Below are positions 50,967 through 63,138 of a stretch of 64,000 nucleotides of DNA, in pieces. The translations under genes were made by a program, and so were the position numbers. The stretch's first letter is position 1, and each line of letters starts with the position of its first letter. This DNA comes from Phyllobates terribilis (taxonomy: Eukaryota): the NCBI RefSeq assembly GCF_046119375.1, contig NW_027362764.1, positions 734,142,001 to 734,206,000 of the forward strand. The letters run 5' to 3'. Below the pieces are notes generated by a model. That model was given only the letters and a program-made list of their open reading frames with translations, ran no database searches and was not told the DNA's origin.

Positions 50967-53367
50967 AATTTCTATGAACAAAAAAATATTTCAATCTATG
51001 TAAAGAAGCGAGTGCCAAGTCTTTTTTGTACTGTTTAAAGGATTGGGGTCCTACTTGTGCAGTGTTTGTTATCATAATGAGCACAGTCCCAGCATAAGTC
51101 ATGAGCACAGTCCCGGCACAAATGATCAGTAACTGCACCATTTACTCAGTATAGTTGCTACACCTGTTTTCAATAGTCACACCAGTGACCAACAGTCACA
51201 GAAGTAATCAGCAGTTGCACCTGGATCAGTGAATGTGTACCCTTGGCTACTGGACCCTATACCAGCCCCTATGCCTAGTAGCTAAACTCATGTCTATAAT
51301 TTTCCATTAAGAACAGAGCCTGCCTTCGAGGAGCTGCAATATGTTTTGGCAGCAGTAGTGCATCATGCAGTGCTATTCTCGTTATCAAAGTTACGTAAAC
51401 CATTACAGAACCCCAATGGACCAAATTTTATTGTGTTCAGTTGGGTGCCATTTGGATCCATTATATAATGGCTCCATAACAGGGTTGTGGTTTCCATTGT
51501 GAATAAAAGCCATGATACAGGATTGAACATTAGCTGGCCATAGACATGAGATATCTATCTGCAGATCATTTGAAGAGCCATCCTCTTTTAGAAGCATCTG
51601 ATGTTAATCTTATGTTTATAGCAATCACATAAATCTGACCAAATATTAACTGGATCTGTCAAGTGGTAAAATATCTGAAGTCCATAGCCTGCTTCACTAC
51701 TCTGCCTCTTTAGGTCTCTTACTTTATGCATTGCTATCAGCTCTATAGATCTGGCATTACAGGATGAACAATAAACTAGAAAAAAAGAACGGCAATGGAC
51801 GTGTTAACCATGGGGTCCTCCTAGAATCACTGATCGGTGCTCTGTACAGATGACATGAGATTATGCAGGACTATTTAATGTCTTCATGAAATGCAACATT
51901 CATTATCAGGAGACATTTCCTTTGATCTGAACTGGGAATTTATGAATTGTGATAAAACGGACCTCCAAGAGACGAAGGTCATCCATGGTGATGGCACAAA
52001 TATTATATATCGATATATACAATATACATATATTCTGAGTCCATTCTACATAACCACATACAATATCTGAGCACTTTATCTTCTCCTACAGTGAATAATC
52101 AAATAATATTTTAAATCCGCTAACTCCGAGAGAGGCGACAGTATGACCATTAATCATAGTGCCGTAGTCTAACTCATCATGGACTGGTAACTCCAATTTA
52201 TAGGTCGATAAGTCTTGACTAAGCCCCGTTCTCCTGTGTCAGCACATCTGCAAACTGCTGCGGGTCCGTTTATAAATTATCTACAGAGGCAATGCTATAT
52301 CCCTTTTATACACGGCGCCCACATACACGACTGCTCATGTGGTGAACACGGCATAATAAAGAGATGATGTATGGGAGTTTGCATTAACTCTTAGATAGAA
52401 GAAAAAGATGAGGAACCATCGGTTTTGCCAATAGGTCTGTAAGTATATTTAGATTCCCCATGATATATCGATTCTGGGGCGTCTTTTCACAGAACTCAAA
52501 ATCAAAAAATATTAAATTATTTAACCAAATTAAATAAATGCTGTAAAAATATATATTTAAACACCAAAATTGTAATAAAAAATTTTCAAAACATGTTATG
52601 CCTTTCCAAATGGTACCATTAAAAACTAAAGCTCGGCAGGTAAAAATAAAACCTTATGCATGTTTATAGGACTTTTTTTTTTTTTTTTTACATTTTTCAA
52701 GCAGAAGATGCTATAAAAAACTTTTTCCTGAAAAGTCTTTTGAGTCGCTTTTTTTTTTGGTCGCTTACTGAACGTTTTTCAGACGGTTTTGGTCGCCATA
52801 AGTTTTTTGGAGGCTATTACAAACTCATTTTTACTGTCGTTTTCATTGAATAATGAAGAAACAGCTAGCGTTTTTTTTTAAGCAAAAACAATGGCAAAAT
52901 GATCCAAATAACACTTCTTTCGGATGTCTTTTCAACTTTACAATATGAATGAAAGTGAATGGTTAAGTATAGAGCATCTTCCGAGCATGAAACACAAGAA
53001 TAGTCAGGTCATTTCTTTTAACCGATTTTCATTTTTAGAAAGCTGAAGAGACGTTCAAAAGCCTGAAAATATGAAGTTGTTTTTACATAGAAACGCTTAT
53101 GTTTATTATTTTGAGCATTTTCTGATAGTTTTTTCAGACAGTTTCCGTAGCAGAATCCACCTGAACAAGACGTCGAGTGCATATAGCCGTACGCAGCTCC
53201 ATCGAGGGGAGAAAACAAAACAAAAAAAACATAGGTCTCATAAAATGGCAACACAAACAATAATGAAACATACAAGTCTGGAAATGCAGTCATCATACTG
53301 ACCTAGGTCATTTTTACCGCTCAGTCAACACGGTAAAAACAAAACTCAAAAAGCAATGGAATCCAAG

Positions 53368-53824
53368 GGGTAATATTTCTCCTTGCAGAGAGTGACATGT
53401 TAAGCATGTCACGGTGAGGAGACTTTTAAAGCCACAATGCTTCTCTGGGAAATATGCAAACTGTCTCTTCAGAGAGGAAGAGAACTAGAACTCTAGTGCC
53501 ACCTATAAGAAGTAGCAATCCTAAAAGTCAATAGTGACCCTTTAACGAGCCTTATCACATGACTTAGGATATAAGCCAGAACTAGAAACTCAATTTGCAG
53601 ATACTGTGTTTTGGGGTACTGCCCCTCATCATTGCAAAGTGTGAGTTCTGGTTTAGCTGGGTGAGTTGTGTCAGACCGGTATCTAAGGGGTAACATTTCT
53701 CCTTGCGGAGAGTGACATGTTAAGCATGTCACGGTGAGGATACTTTTAAAGCCGCAAAGCTCCTCTGGGAAATATGCAAATGGTCTCTTCAGAGAGGAAG
53801 AGGACTAGAACTCTAGTGTCACCT
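53368..53824. repeat. Two ~137-bp direct repeats spaced 320 bp apart
   Basis: GGGTAA(T/C)ATTTCTCCTTGC...GAACTCTAGTG(C/T)CACCT at 53368-53504 and 53688-53824. Confidence 0.85.
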
Positions 53825-54847
53825 AAAGGAAGCAATGGAGGAATTTCAACCTTATTTGGAGTATTTTTTTTTATTTAATTTTTAAGTACATTATATGCTA
53901 TAATGAATGGTGTCGTTCAAAACTACAACTTGTCCTGCAAAAAAAAACAAACCCTCATATGGCTGGGTCAACAAAAAAATAAAAAACGTCATGGCTCTTG
54001 TAAGGTGAAGAGGATAAATCTCTTTGTCCAGTATGGTATAAAAACAATAAAACATTATTCACCTATTTAAACCCCATCATTCAGGTGACTGCTGAGCGAA
54101 TCACTGGCCTTAGGGGAGACGCTCACATGTATGGCACATGACTAATAAAGCCAATGATTGGCTGCAGAGGTCACATGAATGACGATGCGATGTCATTGTT
54201 AAAATGACTACTGGGGAACCAGCAAATGGGAAGTGATGGAACAGAGTGGGATAAAAAGGTGAATAATGCTTATTTTATTACCTTTTACAATTTCCTGCCT
54301 TCTACCACGATTTTGGATAGGTTTGGACAACATAATTTAATACACATAATTTTTGATCGTCTTTTCCCAGTCCTGTCCTATAACAGATCTTACAGAGGAA
54401 ATACCAGTCTGTCCATGCACATTAAATCACCTAATAGTAAGCAGAAAAGGAAGGGGTTAATATTGCACTAAAAGCATCTGAAATATTTTTTTTTCCACAG
54501 GCTTAACCTACAATGTAAGTGTATGAAAGCTTCTACAATCGGGGCTAGAATTATAAAGACACACCTATGTTTATAGAATACAGATATAATGTAGCAAATA
54601 AGCCACACGTAATGTGAAGATCTGTGAGATATCGGTACTAGGAACAAGTTCACACTTGTGACATTATAGGGATAGAATAAATAGGATGTTCTGATCTAGT
54701 ATCTATTAAATAATAGAAAGATATGAGATAGAAAGATAACAGATAGACAGATATAAACAGATAGATAATGTGATAGATAAATGGATAGATATCCGGAAGC
54801 AGCACCAGCTGAAAAATATGTGTGTGGATGATGGGAAATATTAAAAC

Positions 54848-54958
54848 TAAATGGAGGCAGCACACCAACAGGCTAAAGTGCAATATTAGTGGATTTTTTC
54901 AGCGACATGGGCCAATAGAGTCCACTAATCTTTACTGTTGGTGTGCTGCCTCCATTTA
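54848..54958. repeat. 111-bp inverted repeat next to a GATA tract
   Basis: TAAATGGAGGCAGCACACCAACAG / CTGTTGGTGTGCTGCCTCCATTTA is a perfect 24-bp pair, plus inner ATTAGTGGA / TCCACTAAT. Confidence 0.85.
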
Positions 54959-57070
54959 TTTATATTAGATAGCGAGATATATAGATTTCTCAGGTGAATT
55001 TGCCACTCGACATAAGCAAAATGTGAATGTATCATTACATATGCAAGTAATAGTACAATGATTTATTGATCTATATCATAAGATAAGAAATCCACCTTTA
55101 GGCGACTGTTACACTAACACATGAATTCCATGTTTAGAATTTCCCTCCGAGCAGAAAAATATCAGAGTCACAACATAAATCTATTTGTCATAACAAACTG
55201 CTATTGCTTCTATATAAAACCTATGTCCGATTCTGCTCCTTGCAAGTTAACATATGGTTAATTTCTACCATTTCCCTTAGATGTCTTTATAAAATAGATG
55301 TTCCTTCAGAAATCACACCAAGCTTCATTTTTCACCCGGTATATGGGGAAATGAGGATCAGAGCTGAGTTTTTAGCTGTCAAGGTTTGTCATCAATACCA
55401 TCTTACGAGAGTTCTCTACAGAATGGATTTAATTCAATGACCTTTTATCTTTTATTGATTTACTCCATTTTCCATTTAGAATAGAATGATGCATTCATGG
55501 AAACAGATTAAATATTCCTCCGCCGTAGTGATATCACATAAATGTGTAATGCCTGCCGTAATAGACCACGCAGAACATCCAGTCTAAGGTCACATGGAAT
55601 AATCAGTATCTCCAGCGAAAATTTGTTTCCACCCAACATCATTTCTGACCTATATTCACCACGATGACCAAAGAAGCAAACCGGTCCACCCCTGGATGAC
55701 AGTAATGTGCATACTTTTAAAGCAAAAATGGTAATGGTGATCCAAAGATGTCCTATGAGAAACTGGACATCCAAAAAGTAATTAAATGCTTTTACAGAGG
55801 GTGAAGATACCAGGTGAAGGGCGCTCTCACGGTAGCAGGAGTAATCAAATTACCAAATAAGTAAAAAGAATAAAATAAACTCTTATTTAGAAACACATAT
55901 ATATCCGAGACACATCAAATGAATGAATAATTACTAGCGATGAGCGAGTATGACACATTAACCCTTTTGGCGAACACGCTCGGGTGCTTGCCGAGTTTTT
56001 TGCAGTGCTCGGCGTTTCATTCATTGTCACTGCGCCTGCAAGTGTCACGACAATCAATGAAACGCCGAGCATGCTAAAATACTCGGCGAGCACGCTCTTT
56101 AAATAGAGGACTCTAAGTGGATTAAATTCCCTCTGTTATATCCAAATGCTCTAAGAGAAAGTATGGATAATTATAAGAGTATAAATAGTATTTGATAATT
56201 ATGAGACTATAACTGCAATCTGAAAATAAAGTGAAGTATAATTGTAATAACAAATGTAACAGTCGTAATAACAATGCCTACACTCCTACAAGAATGTTCG
56301 CACTTTTTATCTAGCTCATGAAGAACTCAAGCTGCTATGACAATAGTACGTATAACAGCGCCTGAATCCTGGAGCTTATAAATGCCGAGCGAGGTTAATG
56401 GAAGAAAAAAGTATATATACTGTTTCATGAACATAACACCAATTGTAGCACAGGTGAGAAAGGTACAATTCAAAGTGATCTTTAACTTGACTGTGGCACT
56501 GAAATGTTCCTCTAAAGACTGCTGCCGAAAATTGCCTCAGTTCCAGTCCATAAACCAAAAGAATGATAAAAATTCAAAAAAGTGTTACCTCATTTGTCAC
56601 TACACAGTTTTTGGCCCAGAGAGGTCTTTTCGATAGCATCGGAGAGGGTTGTATTTTTGCAAGTAAATTAATGTCAAAATAGAAATGTGAGGGGACATTC
56701 AAGGACACAGATAAAGAAGATTACACAGTACAAAACAATAGAGCGGGATCGACCACAGGATCCCCAAAGGCACAGTATTTGCACCTAAATCGAATATCAA
56801 GATAACAAAAATAAGGTGAGGTTTTATGTACCATTCAGATATTAACTTTAGCAGATTATTATGGAAAAACTACACTTTGTGATGTATATAGGGAGGGGGT
56901 GCTTGAGTTTTAGTTGGAGTGTTTCTTGCAGAAAAATGGAAATTGCATGGCTATTAGAGATGGGCAGATCAATCCACAGAGAATCAAGTTGTAGTTGAAT
57001 CCCCTGAAATTTGTGGTTCCACGTGAATTTGAATACTTTGAGAGTTAGAGAAAAAAACCTTCTTCGGCAC

Positions 57071-57414
57071 CAGGGCTGTGGAGTCGGAGTTGTGGAGTCG
57101 GAGTCTGTGTCCATTTTGGTGGAGTCAGAATCTATATAAATAGACCGACTCCCGCTCCTAAAATATATAATAAATTGGGTGCAGTAGTTCAATGCAGTTT
57201 GTGGGGAATATTTTTTCATAAGAATTTGGGAAAGTTATGAAATGTCCTATAAATGTCTGTCCTATTTCTGATCTAAGGGTCTAGACTTTTAGCTGAGATG
57301 AATCTGTGCTACAGTAAATTTATCACTTAAACATGAGCCATGTATGAGGGAGTCAGAGTTGTGGAAATTGAAAAGTCGGAGTCGAAGGTTTGGCTTACCG
57401 ACTCCACAGCCCTG
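57071..57414. mobile_element. hAT-type MITE nested in an older element
   Basis: TIR CAGGGCTGTGGAGTCGG / CCGACTCCACAGCCCTG. TSD TTCGGCAC / TTTGGCAC. Confidence 0.85.
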
Positions 57415-58115
57415 TTTGGCACCATTTTCCACACTAGTGAAGCATCAGAGAATGGGCAAATATAATTTTGCGTGGCCAAGCAGGCTTTCCCCATAATGGC
57501 CAGCAGCTATGATATCACATTTCAGATTACCGAGTGGATTATCATAATTTGTACAGTGATTTTCAGTAGACCACTAGGTCATCAGTGACCAACGATTCCC
57601 AGGAGAGCACAGTTGGGCACAATTCTAGTACTATGTACGAAAGAGATGGATGGATGGATGTGACATAAGCTATTCTGATTGGTGAATTCTGTGTTATCAG
57701 CTGAGTATAGAGGTGTCACTGTAATCCTGCCTCTGATGATACTGAACCTGCTGTAAGCTTTTCCTGAAAAGACAGGAAGTAGGAGTCTAAAAAAGCCTCA
57801 GTGGGGAATTTTTTTTCTTTTTCATTAAAGATTATGTTCTGAAAACAAAAATGCCAAAACTTAAAATCAACATGTAAAATAAATATCTGATTTAAGCATT
57901 AGGTAATTTTCTGATTATTCCGTTTAAGTTCCTGCTTTATGTCTGTAAGTATAGTGGGTGGTCCTAATCAGTAATCAATATCCTTTCCTATATGACTGTG
58001 AATACAGATATAGGTTTCATAATAATGTCCTCTTTAAAAATAAGACATTTACAATCACAATCAAATATATTATATATACACTGTATGTATACATATATAT
58101 CTATATATATATATC

Positions 58116-58148
<33 letters not shown>

Positions 58149-58444
58149 TTCAATTTATTAATTTATTTCAATTTTAAAGAATTTTCATTTTTTTATTTAA
58201 CTTATTATTTTTAATTTATATATATATCTTTACACACACTCAAAATAAAAAAATAAGTTAAATAAATACAAAATTGAGGTAATTGAAATTGAAAAAAATA
58301 ATAAATCAATACATTTTAGATTAGGAACTATATAGTGAAATTTATCACAACAGGTTATATGAGTAACCGTACACTTGGACACGCCACAAAAGAAGCTTAT
58401 TTGCATCTTATTAAACGATTTATTACATATATTTAACACCGTTT

Positions 58445-59392
58445 TATTTCGCAAGTGCTCGAAATGTCAACCATCAATGTTGCAACATTTCTAGAACCTA
58501 TCCACTACTCTGACACACAGTATTACAGAAATTCCGATCTGCATCAACGTGCATAAGTGCTGCCAAGAGAAAGTCTTTTAATTTGTCCATTATCTGGGGC
58601 TTCTTCTCAAAAACCTTATTCTTTACTATACCCCCAAAAAAGAAATCAACTGGTGTTAAAGAAGTTGGCCACAGCTATCGCTGGCCGCTCAAAGGCATCA
58701 CGTGACGTCACGACAAGTGACGCGTGACTCAGCGCTGGGGTCCCCGCGGTGGCTGCTGGATTGTGGGCGGGGTTTCCCTGCGCGTCACACCCAGCATCCA
58801 CCACGCGCTTTCCCGATGAATGAGGAGAGGCAGAGCACGCGGTGGATGCCGGGTGTGACGAGCGGGGTAACTCCGCCAACAACCCAGCATCCACCGATGG
58901 AACGCAGAAGAGGGACCCTCGGCTGCAGCCTGGACTTGTCGTGACGTCAGTGGATGTCAGAGCCGGCTGCAGCCGGGGTCACGTGATGCCTCTGAGCGGC
59001 CAGTGATAGCGCCGCTCACAGGCAGTATCTGCAACATAAGGTAATTACAAAAACACTTATGGGCCCCGGGGGGATACATTGGGGAGGGGATAATAAGCAG
59101 TGGACAACCCCTTTAAGTCGAGTGAACGTGGCCATTCAATGCTACCATGCCATCCGATCCAATACTGTGGGAGGGTATTGTCAAGGTAGTCCCCTACTGC
59201 AAACGCATGATGAGTAGGTGCCCCATCTTGTTGGAAGAGTCATGCGGCAAGGGTAGCCTGGGATCCGCATCATGAAACATGTTTAGGTAATTGTTATTGT
59301 CTACAGTATGCATGCGTCAATGTCTATGTGTATCCAGAGAATCTCACAAAATTTCATTGATTTAATTTTATGCCTACTTTTCGGCCACCTTG
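58445..59392 (-). pseudogene. Internally deleted Tc1/mariner element of DD41D (rosa/Visitor)-like type, split by a MITE
   Basis: Removing 58660-59112 and one TTAA restores the frame FQQDGAPTHHAFAVGDYLDNTLPQYWIGWHGSIEWPRSLDLTPVDFFFGGIVKNKVFEKKPQIMDKLKD. C-terminal HFEHL is present. Mariner-like terminus CAAGGTGGCCGAAAAGTAGG with TA at 59393-59394. Confidence 0.85.
58660..59112. mobile_element. T2/Kolobok-type MITE inserted in the DD41D-like transposase
   Basis: TTAA at 58656-58659 and 59113-59116. Homologous to 44576-45134, with a left-arm deletion. Confidence 0.85.
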
Positions 59393-59518
59393 TATAAGGT
59401 AGAGATTACTAGTCACCATAAGTTGATCATCTGTATTCTGTGCTACCATATGTTGCCCCATTCCTTATCTGACACTGGACCTTGAACTGAAAAAAGTTTC
59501 ATTAATGCTTTGACTCAC

Positions 59519-59563
59519 CTTGCGAGTATCTAACAAGCATCCCTCAGATTTAATTATTGCTTT
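59519..59563 (-). other. Candidate 45-nt symmetric exon (KAIIKSEGCLLDTRK)
   Basis: Acceptor ttgtcttgtcAG and consensus donor AAG|GTGAGT. Only the phase-0 frame is open. No protein recognised. Confidence 0.2.
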
Positions 59564-60150
59564 CTGACAAGACAACATAATAGGAATCAGGCTTACCCAG
59601 GCAAAGTCCCCAGCGGCATGTTCAATTACTCAGGTTGTTCTTTCACACTAGAGGTCTGAAAGGTTGCTAATTTAACAATGTCAGAAAATAAACATAGGTA
59701 TCTACAACACTTTAACCTATGACCTTCATGTCATGGAATACAGAGGAGAAAAAGTTATGGATTTGGTTCATGGAACATCTAACCGCCCTCCAAAATTCCA
59801 TATTCAAGGGAAAATATGATTTTAATAATAGAAACGTTGATAATCTGAAAAAAAAAAAAAGTGATTTCAAATAGAATATATATAAAAAAACGCAGATTCA
59901 AAATCATGAAAGAAATCTTCCTGAAAAACATATTTTATGCCTCCTAAAACATATCTTCACAAAAAAAATGACTTCCTCAAAAATATATTCTTTAAAAAAA
60001 AAATTGGAAAAAAATTAAAGAATCCCCCAGAAACAAATACAATAAAAACAAGACTTTCAGTAAAATGAACTCCTTTATAGAAACAAATTTTAAAACAAAA
60101 CCATCCCCCCGAAAAAGCACATCCTATAAAAGTGTCACACTAATACTCCA

Positions 60151-60190
60151 TCCCCTGCTGAAGCTGAAGATGCGGCGAAACACATCAAGG
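60151..60190 (+). ncRNA. Decayed solitary hammerhead-like motif
   Basis: CUGCUGA-A-GCUG-aagaug-CGGC-GAAA-CACAU-C. A6C change. CACAU is the expected CpG-decay product of CGCGU. Confidence 0.4.
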
Positions 60191-61257
60191 TGACATATTT
60201 AGTGTGCATTTTATCCAAAGAGTGTGTTAGGCATGAATCTTCGTTTGAGGGCATTACAAACTGCAGACCCCTAAAAGGTGCCGATTAGGACAAAAGTCAC
60301 CAGAAATCTAACTACTGTAAACTATTTTAATTGTTCTTGATCCTAAATATTCAAATGATAATAATGATTATGGCTTTAATATCTAAGAATTAAATGTATA
60401 ATAAAACATTTTAGTTGTCTGTGCGCGAATGGTTGTCCTATTTATAAAAGGGATTTATACCCTTTTATTACATTTTTGTATTGCATTCTAAATATATCAA
60501 ATTTGCAGAATAAAAAAACATACACAATAATAACGAATAAATAAATGTAAAACTATATACTGTACATATATTTTCTCAGCTAGTGCCTTGTTTCAGGTTA
60601 CAAAATGGGCAAAATCTCTGCAACACACGTCCTTGGATACAAATAAAAAATTATATTGTATAGGATATCACTTTACCAAACTGTAAATTCAATCCTATAC
60701 TGTTTTTTTAGGTTCTTTGTTTTACCAGAGTCTAGAAAATAAAGCTCCTATATGAGCATCGGTTTATTTCTTCCCCTTTTAAAAAATGCTTTGACAAGTT
60801 CCACTTCATGTTGGCAACACTATTTTCGTGAGTTATCACTATGAAGAACACACACAATATAATTAAGCAAGGTCATTTTTCACCAAGGAAACCTCTTAAT
60901 GTAAGAAAGAGAGCATTATCTATCAAAGACAAAGGCTGCAGCAAAACAGCAGAGCAAATGAAGCACCTTATTTAGAAAAAATCTGTTACTGCCTAAACCC
61001 GCTTTTAATTATGGATCAATCTGCAGAGAAGATCCACACATCTGTCCGTATATCCAGGATCATCTTAATTTTAGGCTTTTAAATGGAATCTGTAACTAGG
61101 ATTTTGCTATATAATCTGACAGCAGCATAATTTAGAGGCAGATGCCTTAATTCCAGTGATGTGTCACTTACTGGGCTGCCTGCTGTAGTTTTGATAAAAT
61201 CAGTTTTATCTGCTGCAACTTTACAAGATTTCTGAATGTCATTTCCTTTTTTGTGAG

Positions 61258-61327
61258 TCTCCCCAGGACTTGAACCCACAACCTACAAATTGCAGGCAGG
61301 AGCTAATGATATTGAACCACAGGCTCA
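61258..61327 (-). mobile_element. Decayed tRNA-derived SINE head
   Basis: Minus strand has B-box-like GGTTCAAGTCC (61266-61276) and a degenerate A-box about 30 nt upstream. No intact cloverleaf. Confidence 0.45.
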
Positions 61328-61594
61328 AGTTCTCTGAATGCTGAGCTCTGTATAAATGAAAGTGAAGTCAATTTATGTCATAAAGAGCATTGGTGATGAC
61401 TCCAGGACTGGACACCAGAGGCCCACACTCAGGACCTTTTACTTGGAGCACCAAATATCTCAGTGCCTGTGAATGCCACTTGGTATCTGCATCCTTGCTT
61501 TTAACCAATACTCAAAGTTACATTATGGGTATATCCCATGCACCATTCCGTATCCAGTTGAAATTTGGTACAGCCCCTCCACTGGGTTGTAGAA

Positions 61595-61851
61595 ACTACA
61601 CATAATCCAAGGATCCAAGGCACCGGATATTCTCCTTCCAAAAAGATTTTTTATTGACACCAGTATAGACACAGCAAAAACAGTAATGTTTCGGCCATGC
61701 GGAGCCTTTATCATGCACTTTTTTTCTTGGCTTGATAAAGGTCCTGCGTGGCCGAAACATTGCTATTTTTCCTGTGTGTACACTGGTATAAATAAAAAAT
61801 CTTTTTGGAAGGAGAATACCCGATGCTTTGGATCCTTGGGGTACGTGTAGT
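61595..61851. mobile_element. Penelope-like fold-back unit with two divergent hammerhead-like motifs (U3-A8 core)
   Basis: ~120-bp inverted arms (CCAAGGATCCAAGGCACCGG... / ...CGATGCTTTGGATCCTTGG) with a ~16-bp spacer. AATAAA lies downstream of each motif. Confidence 0.7.
61728..61765 (+). ncRNA. Hammerhead-like motif with compensated U3-A8 core
   Basis: UGGC-UUGAUAA-A-GGUC-cugcgu-GGCC-GAAA-CAU-U-GCUA. 4-bp stems I and II. Stem III is ACAU (non-palindromic, likely decayed from ACGU). Confidence 0.55.
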
Positions 61852-63138
61852 ACCCAAAGTTACGTTAGCAATCAAAGAGTCTTGAAACACCCTCATAGGC
61901 CTATAAAGAAAATGATGATGGAAAAGAGAAAGAAGAAAGAAAAGGAGTACAAAGAGGAGGAGGAAGAAAAGAAACCAAAATTATATATTAAAAAATACTG
62001 GAGTTTGAAAAGTTGAATAGCTTTTTTTCCCCATTCGCTTTGTTAGCTTAGATCAGTCAGTGCTCTGGTTACAAAATTTAAGCATTATCAATACCAAATT
62101 ACAGCCGCTGAAAAGCAAAATCCCTTTTTATTCTCTAAACCACATCAGTAGTCAATTTACTGACTAAAACTGTTTCTTTATCTGTCAAATCATCAAAAAC
62201 TTTTAGAGTGGGTGTCTGCATCACACGTAAATGGATCTCTAATCACCAGGTATTTACCAGTCCGTCACTCAAATATGACTGAAGATCTTTTTACGCTCTT
62301 CAGCTGCCCATTGTATACAATGCCTATGTCAAAGCCGAGCCCGAGTCAAGTCATATAAAGCACCTTCTCCTGTAGTTCGTAAGTTCCTTTCGTATACAAA
62401 CTTACAATTAAAAAAAATAATACTGATTCCTAGGTGGGACAATTTCTGTACCATTTTGGCTTCATTCATAAAGAATCTATTAGAAAAAACTTTAAAGTAG
62501 TATGTGCATCATACGCTAGAATCGTTACGAGACTGCCAACAAGCCACTCAGCCTTGTCTAGGGTACTTAGATCCAGGGAATGGCAGCAAATTAAATCTTT
62601 GCCATTGGTAAGCGAAGGTCAACCCACAGTATAAATAAAATTGGAGCACTAGGAAATACATTCAGACCTCATAAAAGTCTACAGGTGGCGTATAAGAGCT
62701 CCACACAACTCCGTTTGATGAAGGTACCGTGGTTTACAAAACCTATTTTCAAATACTCTATTAACCCTATTAAGAATTTCGGAGTTAATTCAAGTCCCCT
62801 GTTCAGAACCCTTATTTGATTAGTCAGAAAAGAGTTCAGTAACAAAGAGCCCCATTCTTTAAAGGATCCGTCATGTGTGATCAAAATGACAGCCGGTTGA
62901 TTTCCAGAAAAACAGTGACCACTTAGATCACACCTAACTCCTTGTTGAGGAACCATTCATAATTAGAGGCTATATGTAGTTAGGTGCTACATGTCCATGG
63001 ACTATGGATCATCTGGCTTCTCTTCCAGAATCTAAACCTAATACATTTCGTCAGTCAATCACTCAGCATTTTATAAAACTCCTCTTATCGTATGGGAAAT
63101 CAGAAAGATAGAATGCACATTCTCCTTGAGGCTATTAA

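Larger units (their letters stand above)
50746..51024. mobile_element. Penelope-like (pLTR-type) fold-back unit with two divergent hammerhead motifs
   Basis: ~104-bp near-perfect inverted arms (50746-50849, 50921-51024) around a 71-bp spacer. Read outward, each arm gives hammerhead, A-rich signal, then GAGTGCC. Confidence 0.75.

Noticed and set aside
61258-61327. tRNA gene
   Set aside because: Only a B-box and a degenerate A-box remain and no cloverleaf can be formed, so it is treated as a SINE head.
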